This document shows positions 13,736 through 23,747 of a stretch of DNA of 64,000 nt, one piece after another. The translations under genes and the position numbers were made by a program. Location of the stretch: assembly GCF_009914755.1 (NCBI RefSeq), contig NC_060931.1; one strand, written 5' to 3'. This DNA comes from the human T2T-CHM13v2.0 reference genome, Homo sapiens. The notes beneath the pieces are model-generated. The model worked only from the letters and a program-made list of their open reading frames with translations. It made no database searches and had not been told where the DNA came from. Each line of letters starts with the position of its first letter. Position 1 is the stretch's first letter.

Positions 13736-15424
13736 TTTTTTATTCTATGTTAATTAATTTTAAGTTCCAGGGTACATGTGCAGGATGTGCAGGTTTGTTA
13801 CACAGGTAAATGTGCTACCGTGATTTGTGACACCTATCAATCCATCACCTTGGTATTAAGCCCAGCATGCATTAGGTGTTTTTCCTGATGTTCTTCCTCC
13901 CAGAGCCCTGACAGGCCCAAGTGTGTGTTGCTCCCCACGGTGTCTCCATGTGTTCTCATTGTCCAGCTCCCACTTATAAGTGAGAACATGTGGTGTTTGG
14001 TTTTCTGTTCCTGTATTAGTTTGCTGAGGATAATGGCTTTCAGCTCCACCTGTGTCCCAGCAAAGAATAAAATCTTATTCTTTATTATGGCTGCATAGTA
14101 TTCCATGTATATATGTACTATATTTTCTTTATCCAGTCTATCATTGATGGGCATTTGGGTTGATTCCATGTCTTTGCTATTGTGAATAGTGCTGCAGTGA
14201 ACATACATGTGCATGTAACTTTGTAATAGAATGATTTTTATTTCTTTGGGTATATAACCAGTAATGGAATTGCTAGGTCAAATAGTATTTCTCTCTTTAG
14301 GTCTCTGAGGAATTTCCATGCTGTCTTCCACAATGGTTAAACTAATTTGCATTCCCTGTAACAGTGTAAAAGCGTTCCTGTTTCTCTGAAGCCTTGCCAG
14401 CATCTGTCGTTTCTTGACTTTTTAATAATCACCCTTCTGACTGGCGTGAGATGATATCACATTGTGATTTTGATTTGCATTTCTCTACTGATCGGTGATG
14501 TTGAGCTTTCTTCCATATGTTTGTTGGCTGAAGGTATGTCTTCTTTTTAAAAGTGTCTGTTCATGTGCTTTGCCCACGTTTTAATGGGGTTGTTTTTTTC
14601 TTGTAGATTTGTTTAAGTTCCTGGTAGATTCTGAATATTAGACCTTTGTCAGATGGATAGACTGAAAAAATTTTCTCCCATTCTGTAGGCTGTGTCTTCA
14701 TTCTGATGATAGTTTCTTTCACTGTGCAGAAGCTCTTTAGTTTAATTAGATCCCATTTGTCAGTTTTTGCTTTTGTTGCAACGGCTTTTGATGTTTTCAC
14801 TATGAAATCGTTGCCCATGCCTATGTCCTGAATGGTATTGCCTAGATTTTCTTCTAGGGTTTTTATGGTTTGGGGTTTTACATTTCAGTCTTTAATTCAT
14901 CTTGAGTTAATTTTTATATAAGTTGTAAGGAAGGAGTCCAGTTTCAATTTTTCACAAATGCTTAGTCAGTTCTCCAAGCACCATTTATTAAATACGGAAT
15001 CCTTTCCCCATTGCTTGTTTTTTTCAGGTTGTCTTTGCAAATGACACAATCCTGTATCTAGAAAACTCCATTGTATCAGCCCAAAAGCTTCTTAAGCAAC
15101 TTCAGCAAAGTCTCAGGATACAAAATCAATGTGGAAAATCGCAGGCATTGCTGTACACCAACAACAGACAAGCAGAGAGCCAAATCATGAATGAACTCCC
15201 ATTCACAATTACTGCAAAGAGAGTAAGATACCTAGAAATACAGCTAGCAAGGGAAGTGAAGGACCTCTTCAAGGAGAACTACAAACTACTGCTTAGGAAA
15301 ATCAGAGAGGACACAAACAAATGGAAAAAAATTCCATGCTCATGGATAGGAAGAATCAATATCATAAAAATGGCCATACTGACCAAAGTAATTTATAGAT
15401 TCAATGCTATTCCCATAAAATTAC
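13736..15424 (-). mobile_element. L1PA (about PA8-PA11), 5'-truncated with 5' inversion
   Basis: Minus-strand 3' end 13736-~15033 joined to a plus-strand ORF2 segment ~15034-15424; TSD tgatgcttag(t/c)actttt at 13723 and 15425; ORF-track peptides 13837, 14561 and 15148 are L1-derived. Confidence 0.92.
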
Positions 15425-15662
15425 TGATGCTTAGCACTTTTGAGTGACTAGACCAACTAGCTTCATTAAACATGATGTTTTTTGAAAACATATTAAGTGT
15501 GAGCATTACTAGCAACATAGTGGTAGAAAAGAAAATTGAACCAATGAATGGCTAATACTGACATATTCAGTAGTAACAATAAAACAATAAAAGTGACTCT
15601 ATTTTAGCCCTTTGTTTTGCAGTGGAAAACACTGAAGTTGTGGCATATGAAAAAGGTGCTTT

Positions 15663-16695
15663 TCAATTGCGACAAAAGCAAAAATTGACAAATGGGATCT
15701 AATTAAACTAAATAGCTTCTGCACAGCAAAAGAAACTATCAACTGAGTAAACAGACAACTTACAGAATGGGAGATAATTTTTGCAAACTATATGTGTGAC
15801 AAAGCTCTAATATCCAGCAGCTATAAGGAACTTAAACAAATTTACAAGAAAAAAGCAACCCCTAAAAATGTGGGCAAAGGACATGAACAGATACTTTTCA
15901 AAATAGACATACATGTGGCCAAAAATCATATGAAAAAGAGCTCAATATCACTGATCATTAGAGAAATGTAAATTAAAACTGCAATGAGACATCATCTCAC
16001 ACCAGTCAGAATGGCTATTATTAAAAAGTTAAAAAATAATAGGTGCTGGCAAGTTGTTGAGAAAGAGGAATGCTTATTCATCATTGGTGGGAGTGTAAAT
16101 TAGTTTAGTCATTGTGGAAGACAGTGTGGCAATTCCTCAAAGACCTAAAGACAGAAATACCATTTGACCCAGCAGTCTTATTACTGGGTATATACCTAAA
16201 GGAATACAATCATTCTATTATAAAGACACATGCCACATATATGTTCCTTGCAGCACTATACACAATAGCAAAGTTATGGAATCAACCTAAATGTCCATCA
16301 ATGACAGACTAGATAAAGAAAATGTGGTACATATACACCATGGAATACTATGCAGCCATTAAGAACAAGATTATGTCCTGTGCCAAGATATGGATGGAAC
16401 TGGGGGACATTAATCTTAGAAAACTAACACAGAAAAAGAAAACCAAATACTGCATGTTCTCATAAGTGGGAGCTAAATCATGAGAACACATGGACACATA
16501 GAGGGGAGTAACACACACTAGGTCCTTTTGGAGGGTGGAAGTTAGGAGCAGGGAGAGGGTCAGGAAAAATAACTAATGGGTACTAGCTTAATACCTCAGT
16601 GATTAAATAATCTGTACAACAAAACCCCGTGACACGAGTTAACCTATGTAACAAACCTGCATTTGTACCCCTAAACTTAAAATAAAAGTTAAAAA
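15663..16695 (+). mobile_element. L1PA15/16-like 3' end (5'-truncated)
   Basis: gacaaatgggatctaattaaactaaa to aacttaaaataaaagttaaaaaa; TSD aaaaaggtgcttt at 15650-15662 and 16692-16704. Confidence 0.9.
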
Positions 16696-16817
16696 AGGTG
16701 CTTTCTTTATTAAATATTTTTCTTCTTGCAAGTAAATTATGTCTTTTACAGTGACAATGTTTGTAAGCTAGCATCGTTAAATATATTCTTCCAATTTTTA
16801 ATTGTTCATTTTGTTCC

Positions 16818-17378
16818 TTATGCCCAGAGATGCACAAAGCCAGAAAATTTTGTAGAAATTAGTTGAAAATGTAAAGTTATCTGAAAATTATAGCCTATTT
16901 TAGTAGTTGAAAGTAAAACAAAAATATGTTTTTTTCCCATTAATATGGAATCAGTTAATGTGTGGGAGTCTAAGTCTCTTTGTAGGTCACTCAGGACTTG
17001 CTTTATGAATCTGGGTGCTCCTGTATTGGGTGCATATATATTTAGGATAGTTCGCTCTTCTTGTTGAATTGATCCCTTTACCATTATGTAATGGCCTTCT
17101 TTGTCTCTTTTGATCTTTGTTGGTTTAAAGTCTGTTTTATCAGAGACTAGGATTGCAACCCCTGCCTTTTTTTGTTTTCCATTTGCTTGGTAGATCTTCC
17201 TCCATCCTTTTATTTTGAGCCTATGTGTGTCTCTGCACATGAGATGGGTTTCCTGAATACAGCACACTGATGGGTCTTGACTCTTTATCCAATTTGCCAG
17301 TCTGTGTCTTTTAATTGGAGCATTTAGTCCATTTACATTTAAAGTTAATATTGTTATGTGTGAATTTGATCCTGTCAT
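16818..17378 (-). pseudogene. L1 ORF2p endonuclease N-terminal fragment (about 141 aa) running into flanking sequence
   Basis: MTGSNSHITILTLNVNGLNAPIKRHRL...DLQRDLDSHTL, then non-L1 residues; the IMGDFN motif is missing. Confidence 0.93.
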
Positions 17379-17441
17379 TATGATGTTAGCTGGTGATTTT
17401 GCTCGTTAGTTGATGCAGTTTCTTCCTAGTCTCGATGGTCT

Positions 17442-18457
17442 TTACATTTTGGCATGATTTTGCAGCGGCTGGTACCGGTTGTTCCTTTCCATGTTTAGCG
17501 CTTCCTTCAGGAGCTCTTTTAGGGCAGGCCTGGTGGTGACAAAATCTCTCAGCATTTGCTTGTCTGTGAAGTATTTTATTTCTCCTTCACTTATGAAGCT
17601 TAGTTTGGCTGGATATGAAATTCTGGGTTGCAAATTCTTTTCTTTAAGAATGTTGAATATTGGCCCCCACTCTCTTCTGGCTTGTAGGGTTTCTGCCGAG
17701 AGATCCGCTGTTAGTCTGATGGGCTTCCCTTTGAGGGTAACCCGACCTTTCTCTCTGGCTGCCCTTAACATTTTTTCCTTCATTTCAACTTTGGTGAATC
17801 TGATAATTATGTGTCTTGGAGTTGCTCTTCTCGAGGAGTATCTTTGTGGCGTTCTCTGTATTTCCTGAATCTGAACATTGGCCTGCCTTGCTAGACTGGG
17901 GAAGTTCTCCTGGATAATATCCTGCAGAGTGTTTTCCAACTTGGTTCCATTCTCCCCGTCACTTTCAGGTACACCAATCAGACGTAGATTTGATCTTTTC
18001 ACATAGTCCCATATTTCTTGGAGGCTTTGCTCATTTCTTTTTTTCTTTTTTCTCTAAACTTCCCTTCTCGCTTCATTTCATTCATTTCATCTTCCATTGC
18101 TGACACCCTTTCTTCCAGTTGATCGCATCGGCTCCTGAGGCTTCTGCATTCTTCACGTAGCTCTCGAGCCTTGGTTTTCAGCTCCATCAGCTCCTTTAAG
18201 CACTTCTCTGTATCGGTTATTCTAGTTATACATTATTCTAAATTTTTTTCAAAGTTTTCAACTTCTTTGCCTTTGGTTTGAATGTCCTCCTGTAGCTCAG
18301 AGTAATTTGATCGTCTGAAGCCTTCTTCTCTCAGCTCGTCAAAGTCATTCTCCATCCAGCTTTGTTCCGTTGCTGGTGAGGAACTGTGTTCCTTTGGAGG
18401 AGGAGAGGCGCTCTGCGTTTTAGAGTTTCCAGTTTTTCTGTTCTGTTTTTTCCCCAT
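17442..18457 (-). pseudogene. L1 ORF1p, disrupted
   Basis: MGKKQNRKTGNSK...ERNNRYQPLQNHAKM split by a stop at 18233-18235 and a 1-nt frameshift in the A-run near 18040. Confidence 0.95.
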
Positions 18458-19362
18458 CTTTGTGATTTTATCTACTTTTGGTCTTTGATGATGGTGATGT
18501 ACAGATGGGTTTTCGGTGTGGATGTCCTTTCTGTTTGTTAGTTTTCCTTCTAACAGAGAGGACCCTGAGCTGCAGGTCTGTTGGAATACCCTGCCGTGTG
18601 AGGTGTCAGTGTGCCCCTGCTGGGGGGTGCCTCCCAGTTAGGCTGCTCGGGGGTCAGGGGTCAGGGACTCACTTGAGGAGGCAGTCTGCCCGTTCTCAGA
18701 TCTCCAGCTGCGTGCTGGGAGAACTACTGCTCTCTTCAAAGCTGTCAGACAGGGACACTTAAGTCTGCAGAGGTTACTGCTGTCTTTTTGTTTGTCTGTG
18801 CCCTGCCCCCAGAGGTGGAGCCCACAGAGGCAGGCAGGCCTCCTTGAGCTGTGGTGGGCTCCACCCAGTTCGAGCTTCCGGGCTGCTTTGTTTACCTAAG
18901 CAAGCCTGAGCAATGGCGGGCGCCCCTCCCCCAGCCTCGCTGCCGCCTTGCAGTTTGATCTCAGACTGCTGTGCTAGCAATCAGCAAGACTCCGTGGGCG
19001 TAGGACCCTCCAAGCCAGGTGTGGGACATAACCTTGTGGTGCGCCGTTTTTTAAGCCGGTCTGAAACGTGCAATATTCGGGTGGGAGTGACCCGATTTTC
19101 CAGGTGCGTCCATCACCCCTTTCTTTGACTCGGAAAGGGAACTCCCTGACCCCTTGCGCTTCCCAGGTGAGGCAATGCCTCGCCCTGCTTCGGCTCGCGC
19201 ACGGTGCTTGCACCCACTGGCCTGCGCCCACTGTCTGGCACTCCCTAGTGAGATGAACCCGGTACCTCAGATGGAAATGCAGAAATCACCCGTCTTCTGT
19301 GTCGCTCACGCTGGGAGCTGTAGACCGGAGCTGTTCCTATTCGGCCATCTTGGCTCCTCCCC
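18458..19362. promoter_or_regulatory. L1 5'UTR bidirectional CpG-rich promoter (sense toward lower coordinates, antisense toward higher)
   Basis: Complete 5'UTR; YY1 site cggccatcttg at 19342-19352 intact; CpG-rich against an AT-rich background. Confidence 0.8.
18913..19128 (+). CDS. L1 ORF0 (antisense 71-aa primate L1 5'UTR ORF), intact
   Basis: MAGAPPPASLPPCSLISDCCASNQQDSVGVGPSKPGVGHNLVVRRFLSRSETCNIRVGVTRFSRCVHHPFL matches the known ORF0 in length and sequence; ATG in gcaATGg context; expression not shown. Confidence 0.8.
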   Translation: MAGAPPPASLPPCSLISDCCASNQQDSVGVGPSKPGVGHNLVVRRFLSRSETCNIRVGVTRFSRCVHHPFL

Positions 19363-19619
19363 GGCATAGTCTTGAAGCTCCCTGCCTAGAGGCTGTCTTT
19401 TCCAGGAGCTATACCTCTGCTTCACACAGGTAACTGAAATTCTGAAGTGACATAAGCACACCAGGGCAGGAAATGAAGGGGAGGGCTGTGTATCAGACTA
19501 TGGGTGGGGCAAATCTCAGCCTTCTGGATCATCTGGAGGTACTCATTGGGAGACAACTACAGCAGGTGGCAGAGGATGCGCTAAGTAAGTATACAATTTT
19601 ACTGCACGTCATAAAAAAA

Positions 19620-20790
19620 GACTGAACTAAAGAGACAGATATTACATGTCTCTTGATGAGAATAAGACATTGTAAAAGTATAAATTAATTGCCCCACAAA
19701 TATATGTGTGTAAGTCAATTGCAAATAAAATCTTTATTTTTTTCAATTAAAATTTAAAATTTCTATGGAAAAAAATGAGTGAAAGTAACCAGAAACATTT
19801 TTAAAAAAGAAAAAAAAGAGGTTCTTGCCTATCAGACATTAAAATGTACATTAAAACTATAACAGTCAAATTAATGTAATGCTGATCCCAACATAAGAAT
19901 ATCCCACAGCATAGTGTTTGAATAAAATAATAATTAAAAATTTATCTTTGTTAATTTCTGGGTAGTGAAGCTGCAGGTTGTTTTTTTCCCTTGCTTCTTT
20001 ATACTTTTCTGTAATCTAAGAAGTTTTACAATAAACAAGCATTATCTTTACAATAAAACATGAATATATTTTTATTCAATTGATAAAGAATTAATAGAGA
20101 ATTAAAGATATTAAGTGTATATAATTTTACATAAAGAAAATTATAGATATATTCAAATAAGTAAAAATATAATAGATATGACTATAGTATTTAAAAATTT
20201 TATCAGAAAACAAAAGGTAAATCACAAGTTGGAAAACAGTGTTAATATTAACTCCCAGAGAGTACTAACACATAATTTAAAATCAGCAATACCAATGAAA
20301 ACAGGTAGATAATATGTACAGGAATTTCAAAGAAAGAAGAAATAGAAATGGGCAATAAAGATATAAAAGATGTACTTAGTTTACTGAATTAAAAAAATTG
20401 CAAAGTAGAGCAACACTGAAGCACTATATTTTTGTTTATCATACCCATTAGATTAAAAGAAATAGTGATATCTAATAAAAAAGGAAATGGATACTCTACT
20501 TCATGGCCTGTGTGAGTTTAATTAATGTAAACTCTGGGTTAGCATTTAAAAATGAATCTCAAAACCTAAAAATGTGCTTATCCTTTGATCAAGTAAATTC
20601 ACTTTTAATATTATATTTAAAAAATTGGATCAGTAAGCAAAAATATATGTACAAACATGTATATGACAGTTATATTTAACACTCTTGGAATTTAGTATCA
20701 ACCTAATGTATAACTATACAGGATTATCTCATAATGTTATACTTCATTCAAAGAATATTATGCAGCAAGTTAAAATGATGCTATAAACAG
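19620..20790 (+). mobile_element. Ancient L1ME fragments
   Basis: cttgcctatcagacattaaaatgtacattaaaactat; cccattagattaaaagaaatagtgata; tgtgcttatcctttgatc. Confidence 0.6.
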
Positions 20791-22149
20791 AGAGGTTCAT
20801 TCTAGTTTCCCTACAAGTCAATCCCATTCATGCCAGGCACATTAATTGTCTCTGGCTGAGGAGAAAAGCACTGAACTAGGTTTAATGTAAAAATGAGGTA
20901 AATGATGAATTGAGGACTAGTGAAAGCCAAATGGTATCACACTGACCTATCAGTGAAAGTTTAGTAATAGTTCAAGTAAAGAAAAATTCTCAGGGCATGG
21001 TGGAGGGTAGTTGATCACAACAACGTAAGCAAAAGAAACTCAAGAGAACATGAGATGAATAGTTAGCTGTGACCAGCCATCACATGTATGTTCATTTTGA
21101 TGGTATTACACTATTTTTTGTGCTTAATTTATAAGCCAGTTTAAATTCATTTTTGTTTGAGAGCTGTAAGCAATTTTATATTGGACTTATATGCATTCAT
21201 ATATTTAAAATACAATAATAAAATAATTTTCTTCAACTATTGGTGAATCCTTTATATTTTATTTTATCTTACTGGGGCCGGTATATTACTAAAGTTTGAA
21301 AGGCATTAAATTCTCTTATAAATAGCACTATTTTATCCTAATTTTGGAACTGGATGTCTCATCTTCCCACAGTCTGAAGCATGAATTCCAAGTTCTCTGT
21401 AAATTCCAAAACTAAAATGAAGAGCTTGAGTAGGGCCCAAAACAAAGGTGGTGAAAAGATTGCATTTAGGCTAATCTGAGGGGGTTATGTCTGTGCTTGA
21501 GAAACATTCTGACAATCACTGTATTTTACAAGAATGGCTTTCTAAATATTTTGAGTAGATTTTCCATTAATTTACAAATATGTATGTGTGTATGTATATA
21601 ATTATATAACCTGGGAAAATTACTAGGATAAATCCATACATCTATACTACTTTAAAGTTGGAAGTTGGAAATACCACTAAATTATTTTTGTGGATAAGTC
21701 AAGGTAAAGAGCCAACGTGAATTATGTCAGGGCCTCAGGATATTCTAGAAGTAAGCAAGGCCATTATGTACAGTTGTGCAGAGTGTATCCTACACAATGC
21801 TAGTGATCATCCTTCATCTCGCTTATGCTAGAAGTATGTCTCTTGTGGTTAAAAAAATGCATAGACACCTTGATTAGACATATCATTTTTATCACAGGAT
21901 AGACTGTTTTCATTTTAAATTTTTCATAAATAATGTAATGTTTTTTTACAGTGTTATACTGGAGGACTTTCTCTTTGGAATTGCTGTGCAAATAAGGTGA
22001 ACTTTTAGCTCCAAAAATCAAACCCATTCAGATTAGTTTTAATTTATAGTCACTTTATACCTATACTGGTGTGAGTAGTACAACAGAGGTGAATTTCAAT
22101 TGTAATATGAGCTGATAACAAAGTCAGGGCATCAGGGTGACAAATTCTA

Positions 22150-22285
22150 CTGGTACTTTTCACAAATTATCTCATTTAATTTGAATCCTCACAAAAATTG
22201 TGATTGTCAGAGAAATTGGGTGACTTGTCAAAGTTAGTTTAAATAGCAGGTCAGTCTAGCCATAAAGCATGTGATTTTGCCACTT
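22150..22285 (-). mobile_element. MIR fragment
   Basis: attatctcatttaat...tcctcacaa...cagagaaattgggtgacttgtcaaagtt. Confidence 0.6.
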
Positions 22286-22817
22286 TGACACACTGTCAAA
22301 AAAAGACCGTCTTCATGCTAGTAAAAAGCTCAGGACATTTTAGTTTAAGAATGAATAACAAATATTCATGATTAACCTGCAATGACTCATGAACCCTCAG
22401 AGCCTGTGTTAGCATAATGAAATTAATCTTTCAAAATTGTTTTTTTTCTTCTTTGTAGACCCATACAGTCATCTTGTGGAAAAAAAATTCTGGCAAAGTT
22501 TGGATCTTCACAATGCACATTCTATTTCACCCCAAAATTATTAATGATGTTTCTCAATGCTACCCTACTAATTATGCTTCAGAGCATTTAGAGATTATTA
22601 TAAAGTATACCATATTTGGTCTGTTAATGTCTGTGGTGTGATTAAAGCACTGTAAATTCATGTATCTGAAACTCAGTGGCTATTATCCTCCCTAACCTTT
22701 GGGGAATTTCTAAACTTTGCTGATTTCACTCTGTTAAAGGCAAAGTAGTCATTTGTATCTGAATGTAGAAAGTTTGAGTACTAAGAAGAATTATTCTAGA
22801 TCACATCATAAAAGTGA

Positions 22818-23060
22818 ATTATATTAAAAGTAAATTATATAAGCTTGCTAATTTTATTTATATTATATTTATAAATATAAGTATGTTTATAAAATATGTA
22901 TTTTATTTATATTATATTAAAGGTAAAGGCAAATTATATTATGTAAGCTTGCTAATAATTATGTTTATATTTATAAATATAAATATATTTATAAAACATG
23001 TATTTTATTTATATTATATTAAAGGTAAATTATATAAGCTTGCTAATAATTTTATTTATA
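22818..23060. repeat. AT-rich tandem duplication, about 2.5 copies of 90-105 bp
   Basis: taagcttgctaat anchor recurs (aagctt at 22841, 22945 and 23036), with a shared atgtattttatttatattatattaaaggtaaa block. Confidence 0.85.
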
Positions 23061-23459
23061 AACAGATGGACTAGAATAAAAGTTATAAGCATACCATTAC
23101 TACAAACAACAGAAGTCAAGAAGGCTAATCACAGATGCAGTATATCTATTATTCTTAGAATATAGGGCTCTTGCTAATTCTGATACAATTGAATTAAGAA
23201 TATTTAGTTTATAGATATTAAAGATGGCAAGATATTTACTGCACATTTTAAGTCCAGAGCAACATTATTTTATTAAGTTACATTTTAAAATATTAACTGA
23301 GGCATTTAACAAAAGGATCAGGCTCTTTAATGGTTTTACAAGTGATATTCTTAGGTTAACAGACCTTGTTCATTTTTCAGTTATTCCACTTATTGAACAA
23401 AAATTTATTGTACATTTGTACAGGTCACTGGGTAATAGGATGTAAAGAGGAGTTCTCAA

Positions 23460-23747
23460 AACAACCTCACAGACCCAGAATAATCAAAACAATTGAAGAC
23501 TTAACTTCAATTTCAAAACTTACCACAGAGCAAGAGTAATCAAGACAGTATGGTACTTCCCTAAGGACAAACATATATGAATGAAAGAGAAACCAGATTT
23601 TGGAAATTTTAAAGAGTGTCAAGACCATTCAGCAAGGAATGAATAGTCTTTTCAACAAATTGTGAGACAATAGATATTCACATGCAAAAAATGTACCTGG
23701 ACTCCTACCTCACGCCATATAAAAATATTAACTCAAAATGGATTATA
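23460..23747 (+). mobile_element. Old L1M ORF2 fragment
   Basis: tttcaaaacttaccacagagcaagagtaatcaagacagtatggtac...aaaaatattaactcaaaatggattatag. Confidence 0.75.

Larger units (their letters stand above)
16955..19362 (-). mobile_element. Young L1 (L1PA2-like): complete 5'UTR, ORF1 and start of ORF2, 3'-truncated
   Basis: 5' end GGGGAGGAGCCAAGATGGCCGAATAGGAACAGCTCCGG at 19362; 905-bp 5'UTR; ORF1/ORF2 peptides nearly identical to human L1; homology ends after gactcccacacattaa. Confidence 0.97.

Noticed and set aside
17479-18762. Plus-strand ORFs of 129 aa and 94 aa
   Set aside because: Antisense shadows of L1 ORF1 and the 5'UTR, apparently with non-ATG starts; not ORF0
20900-21310. Possible hAT/MER DNA transposon relic
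   Set aside because: Only one end looked terminal-repeat-like; could not assign by eye
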